Origin: an uncultured Pelagibacteraceae bacterium
GTDB taxonomy: Bacteria > Pseudomonadota > Alphaproteobacteria > Pelagibacterales > Pelagibacteraceae
Assembly (NCBI GenBank): GCA_902576395.1
Contig: CACGVB010000001.1
Span: 44,420 to 108,419, forward strand
DNA: 64,000 nt
Direction: 5' to 3'
Every line of letters starts with the position of its first letter. The stretch's first letter is position 1. The notes under the pieces were generated by a model that saw only the letters and a program-made list of their open reading frames with translations, did no database searches and was not told the origin of the DNA. Below, one piece after another: positions 12,024 to 23,047 of the stretch. Position numbers and translations under genes: made by a program.

Positions 12024-13577
12024 TTAAAGTAACTGCTCCTTATCTTTATTTTTGACTACATACAAAGAAGTTAACAATCTTGCTATGAAATAAACTGAAA
12101 ACAAAGTGGTCAAAATTCCAACACCTAAAGTTACTGAAAAACCTTTTACAGGTCCTGATCCCATAAAAAACAAAATGAATGCTGCAATTAGAGTTGTAAT
12201 GTTTGCATCTAAAATAGTTGTTCTTGATTTTGTATATCCAGCATCAAAAGCTATTATTGGATTTTTTTCATTTTTTGTCTCTTCTTTTATACGTTCAAAA
12301 ATCAAAACATTTGCATCAACAGCCATACCAACTGTTAAAATAATACCTGCAATTCCAGGCAAGGTTAATGTTGCTTCAAACAAAGTTAGAATACCAATTA
12401 GCAAAAAGAGATTTGAAACAAGAGCTAAATTAGCAATTAATCCAAATGCTCTATACTTATAAATCATAAATAAAATCACTAGCAAGAAACCTATAAATAA
12501 AGATAAAATACCAGCGTCTATTGAGTCTTGACCTAAATCTGGTCCAACCGTTCTTTCTTCAATTATATTTAAAGGTGCTGGTAAAGCTCCAGATCTAAGT
12601 AACAATGCGAGATCTGTTGCAGATTGAAAAGTAAAGTCACCTGAAATTTGTCCAGAACCACCAATTATAGGTTCTCTAACTGAAGGAGCGCTAATTATTT
12701 TACCATCTAAAACTATTGCCAATTGTTTGCCAACTCCAGTGCTCGTTGCTTTACCAAATTTTTTGGCACCTACTCTATCTAAACTAAAAGAAACTACTGT
12801 TTCATTTGTTTGAGAATTCATAGTTGGCTTTGCATCAACTAGATTTTCACCACTTAAAATTATTCTTTTACTTACAATTGCGTCTCTGGAACCATCTTCA
12901 AAAGATAGTTTTTCTGTTCCAAACGACTCTTCATTATTTTGTGAAATAAATTGGAATGTGAGGTTTGCAGTTTTTCCAAGTAAAGATTTAATTCTATTTG
13001 GATCATCTAAACCAGGTAATTCAACTAAAATTCTATCATTTCCTCTTTTTAGAATATTAGGTTCATTTGTTCCAACTTCATCAACTCTTCTTCTTACAAT
13101 TTCAATTGCCTGATCTAATGAAGAATTTTTTAATAAGACTAAACCATATCTAGAATAATTTAATGAGAAAAGATTTCCATCTTCTAAAACATCGAATTCA
13201 TGAGATTTGTATGTTGGATAATAAGTATTAACATCACTTTCTTTATCATTTAAAATATTTTTGACATTTTCAATTTCATTATCTGTTGTTTCAAATAAAA
13301 TTGTATCACCTTTGAGTGAAAAATTTTTAAGATTTATTTGCTTTTCCTTAAAATATCTCTTTAATTCAATTATTTTTGCCTGTAGCTTTTGAGTAATTAC
13401 TGGTCGATTATCTATCTCAAGAAGTAAGTAAGATCCACCTTGTAAGTCTAAACCTAAATTTATATTTTTTGAAAAAAATTTATCATCAAATTTAACAAAA
13501 TTTGAAAAAGCGAAATAGGAAAAGATAACTGTAAAAACAATTACTGAAATTATTCGTAATTTTGAAAAGTATAACAC
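12024..13577 (-). CDS. secD: Protein translocase subunit SecD
   Basis: LGLDLQGG, LRSGALPAP and GMAVDANVLIFERIKE motifs; GTG start. Confidence 0.96.
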   Translation of the reverse strand: MLYFSKLRIISVIVFTVIFSYFAFSNFVKFDDKFFSKNINLGLDLQGGSYLLLEIDNRPVITQKLQAKIIELKRYFKEKQINLKNFSLKGDTILFETTDNEIENVKNILNDKESDVNTYYPTYKSHEFDVLEDGNLFSLNYSRYGLVLLKNSSLDQAIEIVRRRVDEVGTNEPNILKRGNDRILVELPGLDDPNRIKSLLGKTANLTFQFISQNNEESFGTEKLSFEDGSRDAIVSKRIILSGENLVDAKPTMNSQTNETVVSFSLDRVGAKKFGKATSTGVGKQLAIVLDGKIISAPSVREPIIGGSGQISGDFTFQSATDLALLLRSGALPAPLNIIEERTVGPDLGQDSIDAGILSLFIGFLLVILFMIYKYRAFGLIANLALVSNLFLLIGILTLFEATLTLPGIAGIILTVGMAVDANVLIFERIKEETKNEKNPIIAFDAGYTKSRTTILDANITTLIAAFILFFMGSGPVKGFSVTLGVGILTTLFSVYFIARLLTSLYVVKNKDKEQLL

Positions 13578-13589
13578 TTTTTTATAATG

Positions 13590-13874
13590 TTATTTTTTTG
13601 GTTCTGTAGAGCTTACTAAACCTTGAATTCCAGTTGCTCTGATAACTTCGACATTCACATTATCAGAAATTTTTACCTCAACTTTTTCGTTATCAATTAT
13701 TCTTTCAACTGTACCAACTATCCCACCAGAAGTAATGACTTTGTCTCCTCTTTTTAGGGCCTCAACCATAGCTTTGTGATCTTTTACTTTTTTCTGTTGA
13801 GGTCTAATTAGAAAAAAATAAAAAATAACAAAAATTAAAACTAATGGTATAAATTGTCCAATTCCAGCATCCAT
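13590..13874 (-). CDS. yajC: Preprotein translocase subunit YajC
   Basis: FYFFLIRPQQK and GDKVITSGGIVG motifs; upstream of secD. Confidence 0.95.
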   Translation of the reverse strand: MDAGIGQFIPLVLIFVIFYFFLIRPQQKKVKDHKAMVEALKRGDKVITSGGIVGTVERIIDNEKVEVKISDNVNVEVIRATGIQGLVSSTEPKK

Positions 13875-13929
13875 AACGTATCCTATTAAGTTAAGGCTAT
13901 TTATCCTATCTATTATTCAAACTCAACTC

Positions 13930-15189
13930 TTAATTGATAGAAATTTTATCTATATTTGGCATATATGGCTTAAGAACATCAGGTATCAAAATAGATCCAT
14001 CTTCAGTTTGATAATTTTCCATAATAGCAATCATAGTTCTACCAACCGCTAATCCACTACCATTAAGTGTGCCAACAAATTCTTTTGAATTGTTTTGTCC
14101 TTTATATCTAGCTTTCATTCTCCTTGCTTGGAATGAACCACAAGATGAACAGCTTGAAATCTCTCTATACTTATTTTCAGATGGAAGCCAAACTTCAATG
14201 TCATAGGTTTTTTCTGCACTAAAACCCATATCACCAGTACATAAAACAATTTTTCTATAAGGAAGTTTTAATGCATCCAATATCATTGTAGCAGAGTTAG
14301 ACATCCTCTCTAATTCCTCTGAACATTTATCGTTTTCTACAATACTTACTAGTTCGACTTTATAAAATTGGTGCTGTCTGATCATACCTTTAGTATCTTT
14401 ACCGTAACTACCCGCCTCTTTTCGAAAACATGGTGTTATTGCAACTACTCTAATTGGTAATTCATTCTTTTCTAAAATTTGATTTTTTACAATATTTGTC
14501 AAAATTACTTCAGCGGTTGGTATTAGAAACTTTCTTTCTTCACCTTCATCAAGTTTAATTTCAAATTGATCATTTTCAAATTTTGGCAATTGTCCAGTGC
14601 CAAACATTGTTTCAGCAGTTGCAATTAATGGAGGTGATATTTCTGTATAACCGTTTTTTTGAGTATGTGTATCAATCATAAAATTTGATATTGCTCTTTC
14701 TAATTGCGCTAATTCTTTTTTAACAAATACAAATCTAGAACCAGTTGTTTTTGTTGCTAGGTCAAAATCAAGCATATTTAATTTATCTCCTAATTCATAA
14801 TGGGATTTTGGTTTAAAATTAAAATCTTTTATTTCACCCTTTTTCTCAATTTCTTTATTAGAATTTTCGTCTTGTCCTATTGGAACATCGCTTAATGGTA
14901 TATTCGGTATAGAAGATAAAATTTCAGTAATCTGGCTCTGTAATTTTATTTGATTTTTATTAATTTCTTCAATTTTTAAAGAAAGTTCTTTTGATTTTTC
15001 GAATAAACTTTGGTCTTTCGATTTTGAAATAGATTTTTTTTCCATTTCAAATTTTTCTTTTTCTTGAATAAGTTTTCTATTTTCCCCATCTAAATTTAAT
15101 ATGTTATCAAGACTTATATCAATGTTTCGATTTTTAAGTCTTTCCTTAAAGTTTTCGAAGTCATTTCTGATATCTTTAATATTGTGCAT
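13930..15189 (-). CDS. serS: Serine--tRNA ligase
   Basis: LIPTAEV, FRKEAGSYG, YREISSCS and TLNGSGLAVGR motifs; probable ATG at 15189. Confidence 0.97.
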   Translation of the reverse strand: MHNIKDIRNDFENFKERLKNRNIDISLDNILNLDGENRKLIQEKEKFEMEKKSISKSKDQSLFEKSKELSLKIEEINKNQIKLQSQITEILSSIPNIPLSDVPIGQDENSNKEIEKKGEIKDFNFKPKSHYELGDKLNMLDFDLATKTTGSRFVFVKKELAQLERAISNFMIDTHTQKNGYTEISPPLIATAETMFGTGQLPKFENDQFEIKLDEGEERKFLIPTAEVILTNIVKNQILEKNELPIRVVAITPCFRKEAGSYGKDTKGMIRQHQFYKVELVSIVENDKCSEELERMSNSATMILDALKLPYRKIVLCTGDMGFSAEKTYDIEVWLPSENKYREISSCSSCGSFQARRMKARYKGQNNSKEFVGTLNGSGLAVGRTMIAIMENYQTEDGSILIPDVLKPYMPNIDKISIN

Positions 15190-15946
15190 TTTTTTCTGCT
15201 GCTTTCTTTTCAATTATTCCTACTGATATTATTGATAATTCATATAAAATTAATAATGGTATGCCCAAACCAATTTGAGTAATTGGATCTGGTGGAGTTA
15301 ATATAGCTGCTGCTGCAAATATTATTACAACAACATATTTTCTTCTCTCTTTTAAAAATGTTGAATTCACTACTCCTATTCTAGCTAATAAACTTAATAC
15401 TACTGGTAATTGAAAACTTAATCCAAATGCAAAAATAAGCTTCATTACTAATGATAAATATTCGTTTACTTTAGCTTCTAATTGAATTGGTAGATTCGTT
15501 GCTGCACCTAAGCTCTCGAAGGATAAAAAAAACTTTATAGCTAAAGGCATTATTAGATAATAAACCAACATTCCTCCGAGCAAGAATAGAATTGGAGTTA
15601 CCACCAAGTAAGGCATTATAGCTTTCTTTTCATGATTATAGAGACCAGGTGCTATAAATTTCCAAATTTGAATTAGTATAAATGGGCTTGTAATAAAAAA
15701 AGCAGCAAAAAAAGAAACCTTTAAGTATGTTAGAAATGTTTCTTGAAGAGCAGTAAATATTAATCTTCTGTTTGTGTCGTCATCCTTTACTGCATTCGCA
15801 TATGGTTCAACTAAAAATCCATAAATGTACTCAGAAAAATAATAACAAATTACAAATAAAATAGCCAAAAATATAAACGAGTTTATTAATCTTTTTCTTA
15901 ATTCGGTTAAATGACTTATGAAACTTCCCTCTTTTTCCTTACTCAT
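15176..15946 (-). CDS. tatC: Twin-arginine translocase TatC
   Basis: HLTELRKRL, FIAPGLY and TPPDPITQ motifs; probable ATG at 15946. Confidence 0.96.
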   Translation of the reverse strand: MSKEKEGSFISHLTELRKRLINSFIFLAILFVICYYFSEYIYGFLVEPYANAVKDDDTNRRLIFTALQETFLTYLKVSFFAAFFITSPFILIQIWKFIAPGLYNHEKKAIMPYLVVTPILFLLGGMLVYYLIMPLAIKFFLSFESLGAATNLPIQLEAKVNEYLSLVMKLIFAFGLSFQLPVVLSLLARIGVVNSTFLKERRKYVVVIIFAAAAILTPPDPITQIGLGIPLLILYELSIISVGIIEKKAAEKNAQY

Positions 15947-16172
15947 CTTTTTTTTTCTCTTTATTTTCTGATTTAGGTTTATCGTCAATATCAGTATTTA
16001 AAGTTTCATTTGTTAAATCACTGACTTGTCCTTGGACATCACGAACATATCTTTTAGCTGAACCAATCCATGAACCAATTTTTTTTAACATGTAAGGAAA
16101 ATCTTTAGGACCTACTACAATAATTGCTATTGAGACTATGATTAGTATTTCTAGCCAGCCAATTGACGGCAT
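15939..16172 (-). CDS. tatB: Twin-arginine translocase TatB
   Basis: IGWLEILII...VVGPKDFP; lies between tatA and tatC. Confidence 0.92.
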   Translation of the reverse strand: MPSIGWLEILIIVSIAIIVVGPKDFPYMLKKIGSWIGSAKRYVRDVQGQVSDLTNETLNTDIDDKPKSENKEKKKDE

Positions 16173-16175
16173 TTG

Positions 16176-16373
16176 TTATTCTTTTTTATTAGAGTCTTGA
16201 TTCTCTGAAATATTTTTAGTTTGGTCTTCATCAGTAACATCTGTAGCCATACCTTTTTTAAAACTTTTGATCCCTTTAGCAACATCACCCATCAGGCTAG
16301 AGATTTTTCCTCTGCCAAAAAGTAACACTACTAAAATTACTACAATTGCTATTTGCCAAAATCCTATACTCAT
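16176..16373 (-). CDS. tatA: Twin-arginine translocase TatA
   Basis: LLFGRGKIS...GIKSFKKG. Confidence 0.94.
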   Translation of the reverse strand: MSIGFWQIAIVVILVVLLFGRGKISSLMGDVAKGIKSFKKGMATDVTDEDQTKNISENQDSNKKE

Positions 16374-16416
16374 AAATTATTTATAACCTTATTATTGATT
16401 TATTAAAAGTGATTTT

Positions 16417-17106
16417 TTAGGTTTCGTCAGATTTGAGGGTACTGCTTAACATTTCATCAATATCGGAATAAATATTTTCCTTCTTGTCGACTTGTTTTTC
16501 TTTAAAAAATTTACCTGTTCCAAATATTGATGAGTCTACACTTGATGTATCTATTAGGCCTGCTGAACCTAATTCATTTACAGTTGGTAAATCTGACAAT
16601 TTTTGCAGATTAAAATGACTTAAAAATTCATCTGTGGTTCCATATTGTATTGGTTTACCAGGAACGTTTTTTCTACCTTCGTGTTTAACCCAATTTAACT
16701 CCATTAGAATTTCTAATGTATTAGTTCCAAAAGCTACACCTCTTATCTCCTCAATTTCAGACCTTGTAACAGGTTGATGATAGACAATAATAGCAAGAGT
16801 TTCGATTGCAGCTCTAGATAATTTTTTTTCAACAGTTTTTTGTTCTGACATTAAAGAAGATAAATTAACTGCAGTTCTAAACGACCATTTATTAGATATG
16901 CAAATCAAATTAATACCTCTATTTGAGTAAAAATCTCTTAACTTTTCCAGTGATTGCTGAATATCTGTTTGTTTAGATAATTTTGACTCTATTGTTTCAA
17001 CTGAAAGAGGTTCAGCAGCAGCGAATACAATAGCTTCAATCTCTCTTTCTACATCGGTGAGTTTAGTTGGAAAACTTACAATATTATTTTTTTTAATTTT
17101 GTTCAT
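16417..17106 (-). CDS. scpB: SMC-Scp complex subunit ScpB
   Basis: LSRAAIETLAIIVYHQPVTRSEIEEIRGV and YGTTDEFL motifs. Confidence 0.95.
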   Translation of the reverse strand: MNKIKKNNIVSFPTKLTDVEREIEAIVFAAAEPLSVETIESKLSKQTDIQQSLEKLRDFYSNRGINLICISNKWSFRTAVNLSSLMSEQKTVEKKLSRAAIETLAIIVYHQPVTRSEIEEIRGVAFGTNTLEILMELNWVKHEGRKNVPGKPIQYGTTDEFLSHFNLQKLSDLPTVNELGSAGLIDTSSVDSSIFGTGKFFKEKQVDKKENIYSDIDEMLSSTLKSDET

Positions 17107-17840
17107 TAATTTTCCTTAACATAGATATCATCGAATAATTCTTTTTGTTTTAAAGATATATTTCCTTCTTTTACCAATTCTAAAGAGCCAGCAAAAATTC
17201 CTGCTCTGCCTGTTCTTTTTAAATTAGGAGACTTGTTAAATCCAGAAGGAACCAACTCAGATAAATTTTTCCAATCATTGAGCGTGCCAAAGAACTCTTT
17301 TATTCTTTTAATAGCATCTTCAGTAGTAAAAACAGGAAGTTTAGGTATGTTCATAGTATGAAAATCTTTAGTCATGACTATCCCAGAGTATGCCTTTAAT
17401 AATTCAAATAATGTTAAAGAAACTTTTTTGTCGTATATCGACTTTACACCACTTTTAGAGCCACGCATAAAAACATCTCTACCTAATCTTTTTCTATCTA
17501 GCATTTGAGACGATAATAATCTAATTAATTCTAATTTTTTTAATTGTAATTTAAGTTTCTCAGCAACTTCAAAAGCTTTGAACTCCTCCTCATCGGTTTC
17601 AGGAAGTAATAATTTTGATTTCAAATAAGTAAGCCAAGTTGCCATTAACAAATATTCAGAAGCTATTTCTAAATTTATATTTTCTTTTTCTGTTAGATAT
17701 TGATGAAATTGATCAGCAAGTTTTGTAATTGAAATTTCTTCTAAATCAACTTTTTGCGATTTAGCAAGATCGAGCAATATTTCAAGGGAACCACTAAAAT
17801 TATTTAAATTTACATTAAAGTCTAAAGAATCATCGGACAT
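17106..17840 (-). CDS. scpA: Segregation/condensation protein ScpA
   Basis: FSGSLEILLDL and EYLLMATWLTYLKSKLLLP motifs; adjacent to scpB. Confidence 0.93.
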   Translation of the reverse strand: MSDDSLDFNVNLNNFSGSLEILLDLAKSQKVDLEEISITKLADQFHQYLTEKENINLEIASEYLLMATWLTYLKSKLLLPETDEEEFKAFEVAEKLKLQLKKLELIRLLSSQMLDRKRLGRDVFMRGSKSGVKSIYDKKVSLTLFELLKAYSGIVMTKDFHTMNIPKLPVFTTEDAIKRIKEFFGTLNDWKNLSELVPSGFNKSPNLKRTGRAGIFAGSLELVKEGNISLKQKELFDDIYVKEN

Positions 17841-17851
17841 TTTAAATTACT

Positions 17852-18805
17852 CTAACCTATAATTTTTATTAATTGTGATGTTTTTTTCGTTACAAATTTG
17901 TCTAATTTTGGTGAATTTTGTGCAACTGTAACCATTTCTCTTAAATTTCCATTGCAATGTAAGGCTAAATTGCATCCGGCTAAAAAAGATTTTTTTACTC
18001 TAACATCAAGTTTATCTTTTAAAGCTTTCATTGAAAGATCGTCTGTTAAAATTAGATTTTTAAATTTTATTTTATTTCTTATTAAATTAATAATTTTTTT
18101 TGAATGGGTAACATTATTTTGTGGATCAATTTTATGAAATAGTAAATGGCCTGTCATTGCGATCAATGCTTTCTTGTTTCTAAAAGTATAAAAATCATTT
18201 TTTACTAAATAATCCTCATTTTTGGTTATTTTGGGAAGATTTTTATGACTATCGACTTTAGCTAAACCATGCCCTGGTATGTGTTTCATCACTGTTGCAA
18301 CACCGTTTTTATGAAAATGATTGATACAAATATCTCCCATTGTTGATACTGTTTTTTTGTTACTTGAAAATGATCTGTCATCAACAATCTTATGAAAATT
18401 TTTTCTTTTAAGGTCCAGAACAGGAACAGTATTAATATTTATACCTAATAATTTTAATAAGTATGAAATTTGTTTAACATAGACATTATAATATATATTA
18501 AATTTTTTTTTATCTTTATTAAATAATTTACCAAAATATTCTGCTGAAAAAATAGAATTATCAATAAATTTTCTTAATCTACTAACTCTACCACCTTCCT
18601 CATCTATTAAAATAGGATAATTTTTATTTTTAAAAATTTTTTTAATGGAATTTGTTAATTCTTGGGTTTGATTTATAGAATTTATATTTCTAGAAAATAA
18701 AATAATTCCCCACGGTTTATATTTTTTTAAAAAACTTATTTCCTTTTGGGTAAGATACTTACCTTTTATTCCACATATAAAAGATCTATGGGACTTATTT
18801 GTCAT
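17852..18805 (-). CDS. nagZ: Beta-N-acetylhexosaminidase (GH3)
   Basis: DEEGGRVSRL, KHIPGHG...DSH and TDDLSMKAL motifs. Confidence 0.92.
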   Translation of the reverse strand: MTNKSHRSFICGIKGKYLTQKEISFLKKYKPWGIILFSRNINSINQTQELTNSIKKIFKNKNYPILIDEEGGRVSRLRKFIDNSIFSAEYFGKLFNKDKKKFNIYYNVYVKQISYLLKLLGININTVPVLDLKRKNFHKIVDDRSFSSNKKTVSTMGDICINHFHKNGVATVMKHIPGHGLAKVDSHKNLPKITKNEDYLVKNDFYTFRNKKALIAMTGHLLFHKIDPQNNVTHSKKIINLIRNKIKFKNLILTDDLSMKALKDKLDVRVKKSFLAGCNLALHCNGNLREMVTVAQNSPKLDKFVTKKTSQLIKIIG

Positions 18806-19058
18806 TATAAAGAAGTTCCCAAAAAGAATATTTATTTTTTTTCTTATTATTTTTAAATTCTACATATTCAATAATATTTTCTGTATCATTTTCTAATAAT
18901 ATAAGATCTTTTTCTATATTATTAATTTTTTCATCAATTGAGGAAAGTGATCTGTAAGATTTCTTAATATTTTCATCAGAAAAATAATATCTGGCAGTAA
19001 AAAAAATAAAGAAGAAAATTATAATAAGAAAAACAAGATACTTTAGTTCTTTAATCAT
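18795..19058 (-). CDS. Small membrane-anchored hypothetical protein
   Basis: N-terminal TM segment; translationally coupled between argS and nagZ. Confidence 0.6.
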   Translation of the reverse strand: MIKELKYLVFLIIIFFFIFFTARYYFSDENIKKSYRSLSSIDEKINNIEKDLILLENDTENIIEYVEFKNNKKKNKYSFWELLYNDK

Positions 19059-20788
19059 TACATTTTTTCAGGTGTGTCTACTCCCAAAATATTCATACCT
19101 GTTTTCAAAGTATTGGCTATAGATTTTAGGAAAACTAATTTTTCTATTTGAATTGTATTATCTTGATCGATAAATCTTTTAGAAACATCTTCCTTGCCCA
19201 TATTCCAATAAGAATGGAACTCAGAAGCTAAATCATATAGATAAACTGAAATTCTATGTGGTTCTAATTTTTCTGAAGAAACTTCAACACATTTAGGCCA
19301 TTCACTAATTTTTTTAAATAGCTTTATTTCTTCATTGCCAAAGTTAAAATCTGAATTCTTTATCTCAAGATTATTGTTTATATCATTTTGCGTATTTCTA
19401 AACACAGACGAAATTCTAGCATATGCATACTGAACATAATAAATTGGGTTTTCTTTCGATTTTTCTTTTACTTTGTCAAAATCAAAATCAATCTCTGCAT
19501 CACTACTTCTGCTTAACATAATAAACCTTGTTGCATCCTTACCAACTTCATTAATAAGGTCCTCTATAGTGATATAATCACCTTTTCTTTTAGACATTTT
19601 AAAAGGTTTTTTATCCTTAATGAGTTTTACTAACTGACTTACTTTGCAAATTAATTTATTTTTTTCACCTGATAATGCCTCAACCACTGAAGTAATTCTT
19701 TTAATATAACCAGCGTGATCAGCACCAAGAATATTTATAAGAATATTAAAATTTCTTTTTAATTTTGTATTATGATAAGCAACATCACTTGCAAAGTATG
19801 TCCACGATTTATCTTCTTTTTGTAGAGCCCTATCTTTATCATCACCAAAGTCTGTAGATTTAAACAATAATTGCTCTCTTTCTACCCAGTTTTCATTACT
19901 TTCTCCCTCAGGAGCTTTAATTTTTCCTTCATATATATATTTTTTTTCTTTTAAATTTTTTATTACTTCATCAACTTCATTATTATTTATTACATCAGTT
20001 TCACTTGCAAAATTATCGTGCTTTATACCAAGATTTTCTAAATTTATTTTTATTAATTGTAAAGATTCTTGTATTGAAAGTTTTTTTAGTTTTTCTGAAA
20101 CTGATTCAAAGTTTTTGAAATCTAAATCTTTATTTTTTGAAATTATTTTTTTTGCTATATCTATAAGATAGTCTCCAGGATATAATTCCTTATCGTCTAT
20201 CGGAAAAGATTCATCAAAAAGAATTTCTTTTATTCTTAAATAAACTGATTTTGTAAAATGAGAGATTTGATTTCCATAATCATTAACATAATACTCTTTG
20301 GTAACTTTATGACCGTTAAAGGATAAAAGATTAGATATTACATCTCCAAGTATAGCACCTCTTGAATGGCCTACGTGTAAAGGTCCAGTCGGATTTGCAG
20401 ATACAAATTCTAATAAATAACTATTTTTTTTTCCACTAGTGCTACTTCCATATGATGAATTATTTAAGACATCTAGTATAAAGCCATTCCAAAATTCATT
20501 TTTAAATTTTAGATTAATAAATCCTGGTTTTTCAATGCTAATTTCATCAATATTTTTATCACTATCTTTTATTAGGTCAGCTATCTGCTTAGCAAGTTCT
20601 ATCGGAGATTTTTTATTGATTTTGGATAAAACCATTGCAACATTTGTGGAAATATCTCCAGTAAATTTTGCAGGTGGAATATCAACATTGATACCTGATA
20701 AATTATCTGGCAACTCTAACAAATTATTTTTGTGGGCAGATTTAATAATTTTTTCTATCTTTAATAAATAATTTTCAAATATATTCAT
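19058..20788 (-). CDS. argS: Arginine--tRNA ligase
   Basis: SANPTGPLHVGH, GADHAGY, KMSKR and YVQYAYARI motifs. Confidence 0.97.
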   Translation of the reverse strand: MNIFENYLLKIEKIIKSAHKNNLLELPDNLSGINVDIPPAKFTGDISTNVAMVLSKINKKSPIELAKQIADLIKDSDKNIDEISIEKPGFINLKFKNEFWNGFILDVLNNSSYGSSTSGKKNSYLLEFVSANPTGPLHVGHSRGAILGDVISNLLSFNGHKVTKEYYVNDYGNQISHFTKSVYLRIKEILFDESFPIDDKELYPGDYLIDIAKKIISKNKDLDFKNFESVSEKLKKLSIQESLQLIKINLENLGIKHDNFASETDVINNNEVDEVIKNLKEKKYIYEGKIKAPEGESNENWVEREQLLFKSTDFGDDKDRALQKEDKSWTYFASDVAYHNTKLKRNFNILINILGADHAGYIKRITSVVEALSGEKNKLICKVSQLVKLIKDKKPFKMSKRKGDYITIEDLINEVGKDATRFIMLSRSSDAEIDFDFDKVKEKSKENPIYYVQYAYARISSVFRNTQNDINNNLEIKNSDFNFGNEEIKLFKKISEWPKCVEVSSEKLEPHRISVYLYDLASEFHSYWNMGKEDVSKRFIDQDNTIQIEKLVFLKSIANTLKTGMNILGVDTPEKM

Positions 20789-21903
20789 TTGTATGACTTA
20801 TATAATTGTATTGCGTATCTGTCAGTCATTCCTGATATATAATCAGAAATTGCTCTATATTTATTTTTATCTATAAATTTATTAATAATAAACTTTTTCG
20901 GTTTCTTTTCTATTATTTTAAATAAATTTTCTACTATTTTTTTTCCACGATTATTTTTCAATTGCACAGACTTATTATTATACATATTTATTTTTAAAAA
21001 ATTTTTAACCTCTTTTTCTATTGATAAAAATTTACTAGAGAAATTAATTATTTTATCTTTGTACATTTGAACGTCTCTTTTAGTATTGATCTTATTTTTC
21101 TTTAAATTTTTAATACTATTTTTAATTACATCTTGCACCATTAAATTTATAGAGTCTCTTATAATTTGATAAACAATTATATCTTTATTTGAACGATTAA
21201 TTTTTGTTTTGTAGGATTTATAAATTTGTTTAAAAAAATTAATTTCAGATAATTGATTTATAGAAAACAATTTAGCCTTAATTCCATCCTGTATATCATG
21301 ATTATTATAGGCTATGTCATCGGATATAGCTGCAATCTGTGCCTCAAGAGAAGAATTGTTTTTAAAATTAATTTTTTGTTTAAATTGTTTGGCTCCAATT
21401 ATTCTATTTATTTTATCAATATTACTAATTGGTCCGTTATGTTTTAAAAGGCCATCCAGTGTTTCAATTGTTAAATTTAAACCTTTAAACTTTAAATATT
21501 TATTTTCTATGAACATGACTATTCTTAAGGTTTGAAGATTATGATCAAAACCACCATGCATGGTCATTGATTCATTCAAGGCTTCCTCACCAGCATGTCC
21601 GAATGGAGTATGTCCCATATCATGGGCTAGACTTAGTGTTTCAACTAAATCATCATTTAAATTCAAATATCTAGATATTGATCTTGCAATTTGAGCAACT
21701 TCTAATGAATGAGTTATTCTCGTTCTATAATGGTCACCTTCTGTATTAACAAAAACTTGGGTTTTGTGCTTTAATCTTCTAAATGATGCGGAATGAATAA
21801 TTCTATCTCGATCTCTTTGAAATGGCGTTCTGAAGATGCTATTTGGCTCAAAAACTAAACGACCTTTTGATGTAAAAAAACCTAATTTTGAGTAATTATT
21901 CAT
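20785..21903 (-). CDS. dgt: dNTP triphosphohydrolase
   Basis: FRRLKHKTQV, RTRITHSLEV, HDMGHTPFGH and DYISGMTD motifs. Confidence 0.94.
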   Translation of the reverse strand: MNNYSKLGFFTSKGRLVFEPNSIFRTPFQRDRDRIIHSASFRRLKHKTQVFVNTEGDHYRTRITHSLEVAQIARSISRYLNLNDDLVETLSLAHDMGHTPFGHAGEEALNESMTMHGGFDHNLQTLRIVMFIENKYLKFKGLNLTIETLDGLLKHNGPISNIDKINRIIGAKQFKQKINFKNNSSLEAQIAAISDDIAYNNHDIQDGIKAKLFSINQLSEINFFKQIYKSYKTKINRSNKDIIVYQIIRDSINLMVQDVIKNSIKNLKKNKINTKRDVQMYKDKIINFSSKFLSIEKEVKNFLKINMYNNKSVQLKNNRGKKIVENLFKIIEKKPKKFIINKFIDKNKYRAISDYISGMTDRYAIQLYKSYK

Positions 21904-21953
21904 TCTTTAAAAATGGCAAATATTAATTATATTAGTAATAACAGCGATAAATA

Positions 21954-22271
21954 ATGATTAAAGAAATTAAATTTACAGATAATGCGTTAAAACAAATCAA
22001 TAACCTTTTATCAACAAAGGATGAAGGTTCTTTTTTTAGAATCGCTATCAAAGGTGGTGGATGCTCTGGATTTCAGTACGATTTCTCCTTTGATAAAACA
22101 CCTCAAGACGACGATTTAAGACAAGATAATATTTTAATCGATAAAACTTCAGCAGATCTATTGAAAGGATCAGAAGTTGATTTCGTAAAAGAATTAATCG
22201 GAGACCAATTTAAAATAAATAACCCACAAAGCAAATCATCTTGCGGTTGTGGTGTTTCATTTTCTCTTTAA
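21954..22271 (+). CDS. erpA: A-type Fe-S carrier (ErpA/IscA/HesB family)
   Basis: GGGCSGFQY and SCGCGVSF motifs. Confidence 0.88.
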   Translation: MIKEIKFTDNALKQINNLLSTKDEGSFFRIAIKGGGCSGFQYDFSFDKTPQDDDLRQDNILIDKTSADLLKGSEVDFVKELIGDQFKINNPQSKSSCGCGVSFSL

Positions 22272-23047
22272 TGATCATTAGCTCATGGAATGTAAATTCT
22301 ATTAGAGCAAGAATACTTAATGTTCAAGAATACTTAAAAAAGTTCAATCCTGACGTTGTATTAACTCAAGAAATAAAAACTCAAGAGGAAACTTATCCGT
22401 TTGATGATATTAAAAAATTAAAATATGAAAGTTATGTATTTGGACAAAAAAGTTACAACGGCGTTGCTATACTTTCCAAAAAAAAATTAGATAAAATCGA
22501 AAAAGATATATTTAAAGATAAAAACAAACAATCGAGAATAATTACAGCAGATGCAAAATATAAATCTAAAATTATTAAAATTATAAATATCTATGCACCA
22601 AATGGTAACCCGGTTGAAACTGAAAAATATGATTACAAATTATATTGGCTAACCAGTTTAATAAAAAAACTTAAAACACTTTTAAAAAGTTACGATAATA
22701 TAATTATTGCAGGTGACTTTAACATAATACCTTCTGCTGAAGATGTTCACGACCCTAAAGGATATGAAAATGATGCTCTTTTTAGAATTGAGATTAGGAA
22801 AAAATTAAGAGAAATGTTTAATTTAGGATTTCACGATGCGTTTAGATATATTTACCCAGATAAAGAAGAATATACTTTTTGGGATTACACAAGTGGTGCT
22901 TGGCAAAAAAACAATGGTATGAGGATTGATCACTTTTTAGTGACTAACAGTTTACTGAATAGTGTTAAGGATGTTAAAGTTAATAAATATCCAAGAGGTA
23001 GAGAAAAACCATCTGATCATACACCGATTGAATTAGAATTAGCTTAA
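22271..23047 (+). CDS. xth: Exodeoxyribonuclease III
   Basis: SWNVNSIR, GQKSYNGVA, GDFN and SDH motifs; ATG overlaps the erpA stop. Confidence 0.94.
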   Translation: MIISSWNVNSIRARILNVQEYLKKFNPDVVLTQEIKTQEETYPFDDIKKLKYESYVFGQKSYNGVAILSKKKLDKIEKDIFKDKNKQSRIITADAKYKSKIIKIINIYAPNGNPVETEKYDYKLYWLTSLIKKLKTLLKSYDNIIIAGDFNIIPSAEDVHDPKGYENDALFRIEIRKKLREMFNLGFHDAFRYIYPDKEEYTFWDYTSGAWQKNNGMRIDHFLVTNSLLNSVKDVKVNKYPRGREKPSDHTPIELELA